From: Selenomonadaceae bacterium
GTDB lineage: Bacteria; Bacillota; Negativicutes; Selenomonadales; Selenomonadaceae
DNA: 24,000 nucleotides
Assembly: GCA_030523645.1 (NCBI GenBank)
Contig: JAUNIB010000005.1
Location: 114,860-138,859 of the forward strand
Direction: 5' to 3'
This document shows positions 1 to 7,486 of this stretch, in pieces (within the stretch, counting starts at the first letter, position 1; the number at the start of each line of letters is the position of its first letter). The position numbers and the translations under genes are program-made. The notes under the pieces are model-generated. The model had not been told where the DNA came from. It was given only the letters and a program-made list of their open reading frames with translations, and made no database searches.

Positions 1-1
1 G

Positions 2-412
2 GCATTGGAAGCAAGTCCCCTCATCGCCCTTGCCATGGGCTACGGCCTTGCCCATCACAGCGGTGAGAATAACTACGATACTGTTTCCGCCATGCGGCGG
101 ATACAGGTAGTCAATGCCGACTATCGGGGCTATCTGAAATCACTGCCGGATAAATCCTTCGACGCAGTGTACTTTGACCCAATGTTCCGATACCCGATGG
201 AAAAATCCGTGGCCCTTTCACCTCTGCGGGAACTGGCCGAGGGCAGCCCCCTGGATGAAGACTCTGTAAGGGAAGCCTGCCGGGTAGCCCGTCATCGGGT
301 GGTAATGAAGGAAGCATGGTACAGCAAAGAATTCGCCCGCCTCGGCTTCAATGAATTCTCCGGCGGCAAATGGTCAAAGGTAAGATACGGAATCATCCGG
401 ATGGACAAATGA
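2..412 (+). CDS. C-terminal part of a class I SAM-dependent methyltransferase, RsmJ-like; the 5' end lies outside the window
   Basis: The frame is open from the window edge to TGA at 410-412. FDAVYFDPMF...KSVALSPLREL...RHRVVMKE resembles the (V)VYLDPMFP block and downstream region I recall from RsmJ-type 16S rRNA m2G methyltransferases. GC content matches the host backbone. Confidence 0.6.
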   Translation, partial: ALEASPLIALAMGYGLAHHSGENNYDTVSAMRRIQVVNADYRGYLKSLPDKSFDAVYFDPMFRYPMEKSVALSPLRELAEGSPLDEDSVREACRVARHRVVMKEAWYSKEFARLGFNEFSGGKWSKVRYGIIRMDK

Positions 413-461
413 AAACGGATACCACACATAGTATTTTGTGCAGTATCCGTTGAGTTAATGC

Positions 462-490
462 TTGAAAAAAAGCCTAAAAAATGCTATCAT
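462..490 (+). promoter_or_regulatory. Candidate sigma70-type promoter (TTGAAA, 17-nt spacer, TGcTATCAT extended -10)
   Basis: TTGAAA lies at 462-467 and TATCAT at 485-490, preceded by TG at 482-483. No CDS follows; only hairpins at 509-524 and 543-571. Confidence 0.3.
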
Positions 491-542
491 AAAAACAACG
501 AAGGTTGCTGACTGCATGCGTCAGCTCCCTAGAAATCGTAGA

Positions 543-580
543 GAAGCCGGCTACTGCAAATAGCCGGCTTCGTGGTATTT
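543..580 (+). terminator. Hairpin with a weak U-tract; possible terminator of a short transcript or of the upstream methyltransferase gene
   Basis: gaagccggcta (543-553) pairs perfectly with tagccggcttc (561-571) around a 7-nt loop. It is followed by gtggtattta, a poor U-run. Confidence 0.35.
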
Positions 581-770
581 ATGTGACAAATTTTATTATT
601 GCAATAAAAAATACTTCTGAAGCCTACCATTCGGGTGTGCATGAGCCTCACCTAACGCCTCCCCTATAGGTGCGTATGAGCACTTATTCGCTGAAAGAGA
701 ATTTAGTGCGAGCCATGCAAACTGCTTAGTGATATCCGAGCGAAGCGATGGATGAACTTAGCATGTTTGT

Positions 771-995
771 AGGAGGTGGCCGAGCGCAGCGAGGTCGGAG
801 GGGTAACAGCTAATTAATCCCGTAGTCTCCCCAGAAAAGGGGAGGTGCCCGAAGGGCGGAGGGGTAACTACTAATCAATCTGATAGCCTCCCATTTAGGG
901 GAGGTGGCTGAACGTAGCGAGGCCAGAGGGGTAACAGCTAATCAATCTCGTAGTCTCCCCTGAAAAGGGGAGGTGCCCGAAGGGCGGAGGGGTTT
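771..995. repeat. About 3.5 tandem copies of a 60-68 bp GC-rich REP-like unit (core ggaggtgSCYgaRSgNRgcgaggNCRgaggggtaac plus a ctcccc-N6-ggggag hairpin)
   Basis: Units lie at about 771-838, 839-898, 899-965 and 966-995 (partial). Each junction forms tctcccc/ggggagg-type hairpins. A related cctcccc-taca-ggggagg hairpin recurs at 16202-16219. Confidence 0.8.
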
Positions 996-1006
996 CCCGC
1001 AAACAT

Positions 1007-1044
1007 TATAAAAGGCACTGCCATCAATTTGGCAGTGCCTTTTT
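1007..1044 (-). terminator. Bidirectional rho-independent terminator at the left edge of the AT-rich island
   Basis: aaaaggcactgcc (1010-1022) pairs with ggcagtgcctttt (1031-1044) across an 8-nt loop, flanked by A/T runs on both sides. It directly follows the stop (1043-1045) of the minus-strand HTH gene. Confidence 0.65.
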
Positions 1045-1258
1045 AATATATAGGCTTCCTTTTTCTGCACGGATGTGCAACATCCGACAGCTCCAAAATA
1101 TAATCCGTCGTTGTGTGATGGAACTGAGCCAACGCTATCAATATAGCCGTCGGAATGTCCCGCTCGCCTAATTCATAATTACTATATACAATGCGGTGTA
1201 GGCTAGTAATATAAAACTTGCTTCTTTTAATCTTCCGGAAGCTCTCCGCAGACATCAT
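1043..1258 (-). CDS. Small XRE-family helix-turn-helix protein (about 71 aa from the MMSAES start; ORF open to 1309)
   Basis: FRKIKRSKFYITSLHRIVYSNYELGERDIPTAILIALAQFHHTTTDYILEL fits the HTH_3/XRE pattern (xxxISxxExGxRxPxxxxLxxLAxxLxVSxDYLL). The start is uncertain and there is no strong RBS. Confidence 0.5.
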   Translation of the reverse strand: MMSAESFRKIKRSKFYITSLHRIVYSNYELGERDIPTAILIALAQFHHTTTDYILELSDVAHPCRKRKPIY

Positions 1259-1668
1259 AAGGAAAACCCACTTCCGTAATAACAAGAGAATCTGCGAATC
1301 CAGCAGCATAGAACACCGGAAGAAGTCTCAGCAAGGATTGAGGGTAGCCCCTGGGAAATAGATATCATTTGTAGGAAGTAGAGCTGGTAAAGAATCTGTG
1401 GTATTTACTCTTGTAGAGAAGAAAACTGACTATTATATAGTAATCAGGATTTATGGAAAGGATGCCTCTTAAGTAATGGCTGCTATGGGATTTTTCGCCA
1501 CCTTGCAGACGAAAGGAATACATTAATCCGACAACGATTAGGATACAGGATGCCAGAAGAACTCTTTGAAAATTTTCTTGATAAAGTATATTTAATAAAT
1601 AGTCACCAATTAGTCTAATTAACCTATTCTATTTGCTATTGCAGTTTGCGAAAATTTTTTCGTACTTC

Positions 1669-1697
1669 TTGAAAATTATAGCGCACTGCGCTATAAT
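1669..1697 (+). promoter_or_regulatory. Near-consensus promoter of the M.HhaI-like gene. Its spacer and -10 overlap a perfect 19-bp palindrome carrying two GCGC sites
   Basis: TTGAAA at 1669-1674, a 17-nt spacer, and TATAAT at 1692-1697. The palindrome TATAGCGCACTGCGCTATA spans 1677-1695, with GCGC at 1681-1684 and 1688-1691. RBS AAGGAG at 1713-1718 and ATG at 1727. Confidence 0.7.
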
Positions 1698-1726
1698 TAA
1701 GAAAATAAAAACAAGGAGTTGTAAAG

Positions 1727-2707
1727 ATGATTTCAATAGAAAAGAAGTTGTTAGCAGGTTATACATTTATAGATTTGTTTGCAGGATTAGGTGGGTTCAG
1801 AATTGCATTAGAATCATTGGGTGCAAATTGTGTTTACTCAAATGAATGGGATGTCCCCGCACAGAAGGTTTATGCAGAGAACTTTGTTGATACACCAGAA
1901 GGGGATATTACAAAAGTTGATGAGAATACGATTCCTGATCATGATATACTCTGTGCCGGATTCCCTTGCCAGGCATTTTCTATTAGCGGCAAGCAACGAG
2001 GCTTTGAAGATAGTAGAGGAACATTGTTTTTTGATGTTGCGAGAATTGTAAAAGTGAAGAGACCCAAAGTTGTCTTTATGGAGAACGTGAAGAATTTTGC
2101 GACTCATGATGACGGTAAAACTCTTGAGGTTGTAGTAGGGACTATGGAGGAATTGGGTTATACATTCTATCAGAAGGTGTTGAACGCTGTTGATTATGGT
2201 GTTCCACAAAAACGAGAAAGAATTTATATGGTGTGTTTTAGAAATGATTTAGAGATTAATAATTTTAAATATCCTAAGCCATTTAAGTTAACACGTCACG
2301 TAGAAGACGTTCTTCTTGAAGACGAAGAAATGGTCAAGGACTTATATGTTGATAGACCTGATACGTATTACAATGGCGTAGAAGACAACCAGTATAGCAA
2401 TAAATCCATTCGTTTGGGTATTGTAAACAAAGGAGGACAAGGCGAAAGAATATACAGCACCAAAGGAATTGCAATTACTCTTTCTGCATACGGCGGAGGC
2501 GTCTTTGCAAAGACAGGTGGATATTTAATAAATGGAAAGACGAGAAAGTTGCATCCGCGTGAATGTGCAAGAATCATGGGATATCCAGATTCCTATAAAA
2601 TCTGTAAGAGTGCAAACCAGGCCTATAAGCAATTTGGAAATTCAGTGGTAATTGATGTTTTGCAGCTCATCGCAGTAGAAATTGGCACAGTGATGGAGGG
2701 AAAATAA
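1727..2707 (+). CDS. DNA (cytosine-5) methyltransferase, M.HhaI-like (predicted GCGC specificity)
   Basis: 326 aa with all C5-MTase motifs in order: FIDLFAGLGGFR (I), GFPCQAFS (IV), ENV (VI), QKRERIYMV (VIII), GNSV (X). It is nearly colinear with M.HhaI as I remember it. This includes the target-recognition block GIVNKGGQGERIYSTKGIAITLSAYGGG and KTRKLHPRECARIMGYPDSYK. Confidence 0.95.
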   Translation: MISIEKKLLAGYTFIDLFAGLGGFRIALESLGANCVYSNEWDVPAQKVYAENFVDTPEGDITKVDENTIPDHDILCAGFPCQAFSISGKQRGFEDSRGTLFFDVARIVKVKRPKVVFMENVKNFATHDDGKTLEVVVGTMEELGYTFYQKVLNAVDYGVPQKRERIYMVCFRNDLEINNFKYPKPFKLTRHVEDVLLEDEEMVKDLYVDRPDTYYNGVEDNQYSNKSIRLGIVNKGGQGERIYSTKGIAITLSAYGGGVFAKTGGYLINGKTRKLHPRECARIMGYPDSYKICKSANQAYKQFGNSVVIDVLQLIAVEIGTVMEGK

Positions 2708-2709
2708 AG

Positions 2710-3015
2710 ATGAATGAGGTTGGATTCAGAAATTGGCTTATCAATAAAGGTGTAAAATCAAAGGTTGCAGGAGATACAATTTCAAGATTAAAAAGAATAG
2801 AACGAGAAATTGAAAACTGCGATATTGATGAACAATACCGCAGTGATAAATGTGAATACTTATTAAAACTTTTTTTGGATATGGGTAACAATGATGAAAT
2901 GAAGAAATACCAAAATGCAAATCTTCCTATAGGAAAGTATTACATGAGTACATATCGTCATGGCCTTAAACAGTATATTCAGTTTTCGGATGATGTTACT
3001 TCAAGCAAGCAATAA
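2710..3015 (+). CDS. Hypothetical 101-aa protein, translationally coupled to the methyltransferase
   Basis: The ATG lies 2 nt after the MTase stop. AT-rich codon usage matches its neighbours. The 3' end overlaps the convergent endonuclease gene by 20 nt. No family recognised. Confidence 0.5.
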   Translation: MNEVGFRNWLINKGVKSKVAGDTISRLKRIEREIENCDIDEQYRSDKCEYLLKLFLDMGNNDEMKKYQNANLPIGKYYMSTYRHGLKQYIQFSDDVTSSKQ

Positions 3016-3787
3016 ACTCTGGTTCGGACATACCAGGTGTAGATGCTTTATGCTTGATTGAAAAAATAACATTAGCATTGTATGTGTTTGAGAGTTTACG
3101 AAGCTCATATTTATCTCCACGTAGAGAAAACATATACTCAATTCCACAAAGAATGAATCTGTGATCATGTAGCTGCTGCGGTGAAATAACAAAAAGTTTA
3201 TCTCCAGCAACACGAAAACCTGTAATAATATAACCGTAAGTTGATATATAATCCATCACAGTATTAAGTCGGCTCTTACCAACATTGCCTGAACCACTTC
3301 GTTTGATTCGATACTTAGCTGTTACTTCGAAATATTCTCTGAAACGCTCAATAGGTAAAATAGTATAGTTATTGGTGATGAAGAAATAGACTCCCTTATC
3401 TTTATATGCCTGGATAATCCAGTCAGCGAAGATATCGGAGCCGTTTGGCATATCAATATCTTTTCCGGCTGTACCAGCTTCTCTGAATGCATCGAAATCT
3501 TCATTCATATAGTCCCTTATCATTTCTGCGTATCTGTTGATGCGATTAACATTGAGACGGCTATATTCAAATGTTCTTGTATCAAGGCTTGGTAATAAAA
3601 CAAACTGTCCGCATTGAGCAGGTGAGTGCTTAGCATCAATGTAAAATGAATTACCAGATTTAGTCTCAACTGAGATGTCAGGTACAGTTGAATCAGCACC
3701 TCCTTGATGAAAAAATCTTGCATATGCACCGAATCTTTTATTAAGATAATCTGTGCATTGAATTTCAAATTCTTCCCATATTGCCAT
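2996..3787 (-). CDS. Type II restriction endonuclease, HhaI-like PD-(D/E)XK (paralogue 1)
   Basis: 263 aa. The N-terminal WEEFEIQCTDYLNKRFG...ADSTVPD-x13-DAK...QCGQFVLLP, plus YRIKRSGSG and LSNTYNANVIFSI, match what I recall of R.HhaI (active site SD-x11-EAK). The ATG lies 3 nt after the stop of the upstream paralogue, with RBS AAGGA. Confidence 0.8.
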   Translation of the reverse strand: MAIWEEFEIQCTDYLNKRFGAYARFFHQGGADSTVPDISVETKSGNSFYIDAKHSPAQCGQFVLLPSLDTRTFEYSRLNVNRINRYAEMIRDYMNEDFDAFREAGTAGKDIDMPNGSDIFADWIIQAYKDKGVYFFITNNYTILPIERFREYFEVTAKYRIKRSGSGNVGKSRLNTVMDYISTYGYIITGFRVAGDKLFVISPQQLHDHRFILCGIEYMFSLRGDKYELRKLSNTYNANVIFSIKHKASTPGMSEPEFIACLK

Positions 3788-3790
3788 TGC

Positions 3791-4639
3791 TTAATCCTTT
3801 TTATTCATTATATTCTCAAATGCTTGAAGATCCTTTTGGTCTTGTACTGTTTTCTTAAGTGATAATTGACAGATTACATTTGGGTTGCTTGTATTTGATA
3901 ATCTTCTAACTTCAAAAACATATTTCTTTAATTTAGAAAGTGCTTTTGAATAATTATTATCCTTAAATTGATATGTGTGTTCATCACACATCATTTTTCT
4001 TTTATGTATATAAGTGTCTGAGTGAAGAAAACACCTTATCTTTCCGCCGACTGATTTGTATTCGATAGCTCCTGAAATACCTTCTTCATTTAATCCTTGC
4101 ATTATTTCTGCATTATTGCTTGATTCGTTAGGTTCTGCTGAACCACTTGTTTTTCTACGATAAAAAGCCTTAATAGTGAAGTAATTAGGAAAACTGCTGG
4201 TTGGAAAAATTATTATGTCTGTTCCTTTGGTCATAAAGAATTCAACTTTTTTTACGGAATAGAAATCTTGGACTAAACCATAGAGAATTGAACTTTTGAC
4301 CTTTACAGGAGATCCCTCTTTTCCGACTTTGTAATATGTCTTATAACGTTCATTCATATACGTAATAATTTTTTTGCAATTATCAGATAGTGGAACTTTG
4401 TTTCTTTTTGAAAAATCAAATGATTTCGTGTCTTCGTTGGGAAATAATACAAACTGGCAGCATTGAGAACTCCCGGCTTTTACTTCAACAAAAAATTCAT
4501 CGGATGTTGCTGGTTCAACTTTGATGTCAGCTTTTGTTGAGTCTGATTTGCCGTATGGTTCAATTGAATTATTATCTCCATACTTATGTATTAAGTGTTC
4601 GTAACACTTGTTTTCTAATTTTTCCCAAGCATTAGCCAT
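3791..4639 (-). CDS. Type II restriction endonuclease, diverged HhaI-family paralogue 2
   Basis: 282 aa and alignable to 2996..3787 along its length. Shared blocks include WE-x-LE-x-C, SDSTKAD-x13-EVK, QCCQFVLFP, FF.T, YRRKTSGS and LSNTSNPNVI. The ATG lies 3 nt after the stop of the upstream methyltransferase, with a GAGG RBS inside that gene's end. Confidence 0.75.
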   Translation of the reverse strand: MANAWEKLENKCYEHLIHKYGDNNSIEPYGKSDSTKADIKVEPATSDEFFVEVKAGSSQCCQFVLFPNEDTKSFDFSKRNKVPLSDNCKKIITYMNERYKTYYKVGKEGSPVKVKSSILYGLVQDFYSVKKVEFFMTKGTDIIIFPTSSFPNYFTIKAFYRRKTSGSAEPNESSNNAEIMQGLNEEGISGAIEYKSVGGKIRCFLHSDTYIHKRKMMCDEHTYQFKDNNYSKALSKLKKYVFEVRRLSNTSNPNVICQLSLKKTVQDQKDLQAFENIMNKKD

Positions 4640-4642
4640 AGT

Positions 4643-5617
4643 CTAGTGTACCTCACTTTCAATGAAATTTTTAATTGAACAACCTAGGGCTTTTATAACA
4701 TTAACTGTCATTGCATTACCTGCCTGCATTAGGAGGTGTCTATCGGATACTTCATTCTTTACTTTGTCAGCATATTCCTTTGGAAATCCTTGAAGGAGCA
4801 ATGCTTCATAACCAGTCAGCTGGTATATTGTATGGTTTTTAACATATAAAACACCATCCCTCTGTGCCCTTAATGTTGGGCAACGGCCGTCATAAATGCG
4901 AAGATCATTCATACGAGTGTCAATTATCTTGCCCTCCATCTTCTTTATGTCATCAACGGTGTACTTACTGTTGTTGGTAGGGTTTTTTAGATAATAGGAG
5001 AGAATATCGAGCCTTTCTGGACTTGCAATGTTATCGTCAATTAAGAAATTAGAAAGAGAAGGTCTCATGACTGGTTCAGGCCATTGAAATTCATTTATAT
5101 CCTTCCCAAAATCCTTTCTGATGCCTACAAAGTAAACTCTTTGACGCATTTGTGGAACGCCATATTCAAGGCTGGTGAGAACCTTATAGGTTACATCATA
5201 ACCAACTCTGTTTAGTTCATTGATGATGATTTTTATCGTTTTTCCTGTGTCGTGAGTTACCAACCCCTTGACGTTTTCTAAAAGAAAACATTTAGGTTGT
5301 GTTTCTTCTAAAATTCTTGCCAAGTGGAATATGATTTGTCCTCTGTCATCAGAGAAGCCTTCTTTCCGGCCTATAACAGAAAATGTTTGGCATGGAAATC
5401 CAGCAATCAACATATCGTATGGTAGTAATTTTTCAGTTTTAATTCTTTTTAAATTATAGTAGTAAGGTTCGTCTGTAGTATCATGCATTAAGGTATAGGT
5501 GCGAACAGCCAATTTGCTTGTGTCTGAGTAACCGGTGCTTTTAAGTCCGGCTTGCTCTAAACCTAGACGTCCGCCGCCAATACCCGAGCATAAATCTAAA
5601 AAAGTATTAATTTTCAT
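4643..5617 (-). CDS. DNA (cytosine-5) methyltransferase (second, with a distinct target-recognition region)
   Basis: 324 aa with motifs FLDLCSGIGGGR (I), GFPCQTFS (IV), ENV (VI), QMRQRVYFVG (VIII), TLRAQRDG (TRD) and QAGNAMTVNV (X). RBS GAAGGA lies upstream of the ATG. Confidence 0.95.
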   Translation of the reverse strand: MKINTFLDLCSGIGGGRLGLEQAGLKSTGYSDTSKLAVRTYTLMHDTTDEPYYYNLKRIKTEKLLPYDMLIAGFPCQTFSVIGRKEGFSDDRGQIIFHLARILEETQPKCFLLENVKGLVTHDTGKTIKIIINELNRVGYDVTYKVLTSLEYGVPQMRQRVYFVGIRKDFGKDINEFQWPEPVMRPSLSNFLIDDNIASPERLDILSYYLKNPTNNSKYTVDDIKKMEGKIIDTRMNDLRIYDGRCPTLRAQRDGVLYVKNHTIYQLTGYEALLLQGFPKEYADKVKNEVSDRHLLMQAGNAMTVNVIKALGCSIKNFIESEVH

Positions 5618-6198
5618 TGTTCTTAATCCTTCACTGGTTTGTTATTTTAGTTCTGGGTCGGTAGATTGTAAAAACAAATTGAATAAATAAAAGACTCACG
5701 GCGAATCTTTTAGTATAATTAAGTTACCATACAAAAAGCTATCAAAGGAAAATGCCCACGAGTCGTATCTATTCTATCACTATTGCACTTAGCCGCGAAA
5801 GAGGTCAGCAGCTAAAATTTGAGTACAGAGTGAGTATCAAGATTTATAGGAAGCTCAAATATATGCTTAGAGCTATCTTGAGCTCTTGCCTGTTCTCTTT
5901 GTTATCCACTGTTATTATGAACTAAAACATGGTGATAGGAATGGTTCAAGAGGATGCTACCCTGAATATAGCCCAGACCGCGGGCAAGCAAACTATGAGA
6001 AGGACCATGTGTGACTGGGGATGGTTCTCATTGACACAATTTTACTTAGCATGAGTCAGATGTTACTGTTCTCAGTGATACAAAAACAGGCTAGGGTTTC
6101 ATGTGAGTCCCTGGCCTTCCTATATGGCACCAATTAGGCATGATAAAATCCACCTGTTCAACTGGTGGTAAGTAAAAATATCTTATAGAAAAGTAAAT

Positions 6199-6254
6199 GA
6201 CCTCCTATGTTACGATTGTGCAAGCTGACAACCACACAAAGAACATAGGAGGTC
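6199..6254 (+). promoter_or_regulatory. Stem-loop that sequesters the RBS of the IS200-type tnpA remnant
   Basis: Perfect 13-bp arms, gacctcctatgtt (6199-6211) and aacataggaggtc (6242-6254). The 3' arm contains the AGGAGG located 7 nt before ATG 6260. An RBS-occluding hairpin is a known feature of IS200. Confidence 0.6.
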
Positions 6255-6259
6255 TTGTC

Positions 6260-6386
6260 ATGAATTATGTAAAGAGATTATCACATAGCAAGTGGAGCTG
6301 TAAATACTACATTGTTTTACACTGGAATATTGCGACAGATAATATACGGTAAGATAAAGGCAGACCTATTAAATGCTTTGTGATGA
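6260..6386 (+). pseudogene. tnpA: Frameshifted, 3'-truncated remnant of an IS200/IS605-family tnpA (Y1 transposase)
   Basis: MNYVKRLSHSKWSCKYYIV matches the N-terminal LxHxKWxCKYHIVF signature. After a 1-nt frameshift near 6316 the next frame reads RQIIYGKIKADLLNAL (canonical KYRRxxIYGxxxxxL). Two stops follow and homology ends. Confidence 0.7.
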
Positions 6387-6515
6387 TTCTTCAACCCATT
6401 TAGTCGTATCGTGGCATTGAATCTGTTAGCTAATAGGTTTATCATAGGAACAATATGTGATGTAGCGAAATTGCACGATGTTAGGGGTCTCGATAATACT
6501 ATAAGGAGAACGCCT

Positions 6516-7145
6516 ATGAAAATAATGAAAAAGTTTACCGAACATACTAATACGTTCAGCAACTTATTGGTAGGTTTTTTTGTGATATTTTTATTACACT
6601 TAGTATTGGTTTGGCTTGCTGGCAATGTGGATACTTCGATTTCACGTGTGGCTAAAATTTTTCTGAAGATGTTAGATCTTTTAACAGCTGATTTGTCATT
6701 GTTATGCGTTATCCTGTCAATGATTATGTACTATAAAGTTCAAGCATTGCTAAATAGGGAGGAAACTGCTAAGAGAATTTTAGCGTCCATGCAAGAAGAT
6801 AACATATATAAAAAAGTGGGACTGAATATGCAAATTGATATCAGCCAAAATCCTACAGAAATGTTGTATGATTTGGAGAAAAATGTAGAAAGGTTGTATG
6901 AGCTTTCTTTATTGACAAGCAAGTCTGTGACAACAGCTGACAATTCACCTCTTTTTGAAAAATGTGCCATAGGGATGCCGAATTGTTACCAAAAAGCCAA
7001 GTTGATTATGCGTTATCTCCAAATACAAATAACAGCATTGGAAATTCAGACTAAAAATGTTCCCAGTGTAAACGATTTTAAAAGGCTTGAGAAACAGCAA
7101 CAGGATTTTATAAGCCATGCTTCAAAAGTGGGATATCGAGATTAA
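6516..7145 (+). CDS. Hypothetical membrane protein: two N-terminal TM helices and a helical or coiled C-terminal half (209 aa from ATG 6516)
   Basis: RBS AAGGAG at 6503-6508 lies 7 nt before ATG 6516. TM segments are FSNLLVGFFVIFLLHLVLVWLAG and LSLLCVILSMIMYYKV. No family recognised. Confidence 0.6.
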   Translation: MKIMKKFTEHTNTFSNLLVGFFVIFLLHLVLVWLAGNVDTSISRVAKIFLKMLDLLTADLSLLCVILSMIMYYKVQALLNREETAKRILASMQEDNIYKKVGLNMQIDISQNPTEMLYDLEKNVERLYELSLLTSKSVTTADNSPLFEKCAIGMPNCYQKAKLIMRYLQIQITALEIQTKNVPSVNDFKRLEKQQQDFISHASKVGYRD

Positions 7146-7486
7146 AGAGATTTTTGTAATTAAATATAAATAGGTAGGTGTTCTTCGCATTTCATGAGAA
7201 GGATTTGCCTGTCTGCAAATTTCGTAAACCAATTTATGATTCGGAAAAATAAGATGGTTTTAGTATCTTCTTGTAAAGTCAAACAATTGTAAAAATCACT
7301 CCTTGTATAATAAGTTTTGTAAGCAAGATATCCGACGTGTCTACAAAATTTATTATACGAGGATATTAGATATTTCAGTAACATAATGAAGTCAATGACG
7401 AGGGACTTGTGCTACTTTTGTGTCCAATCAAACGTATCACAATATGGTGATAGTAGAATATTACAGCAATATTACAGCCAAAGAAG

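Noticed and set aside
771-995. Regularly spaced GC-rich repeats that might be a CRISPR array
   Set aside because: The sequences between the repeats are themselves repeated (agctaatYaatc...tagtctcccc). Unit length is 60-68 bp with no unique spacers, and no cas genes are present. This is a REP-like tandem array, not a CRISPR.
1043-1258. The XRE-type HTH protein as a classical C (controller) protein of the R-M system
   Set aside because: It lies more than 400 bp from the methyltransferase and is divergent from it. It is not upstream of either endonuclease gene, and I see no C-box-like repeats in front of it. It remains only an alternative binder for the promoter palindrome.
1633-2209. ORFs 1633..1845, 1821..2051 (+) and 1838..2209 (-) overlapping the M.HhaI-like gene and its promoter
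   Set aside because: They overlap a strongly supported CDS and promoter, use alternative starts and have no motifs.
6317-6625. A 102-aa minus-strand ORF, and the N-terminal extension (6411-6515) of the membrane-protein ORF
   Set aside because: The extension runs through the IS200 remnant junction and lacks an RBS, whereas ATG 6516 has AAGGAG at ideal spacing. The minus-strand ORF is low-complexity antisense sequence.
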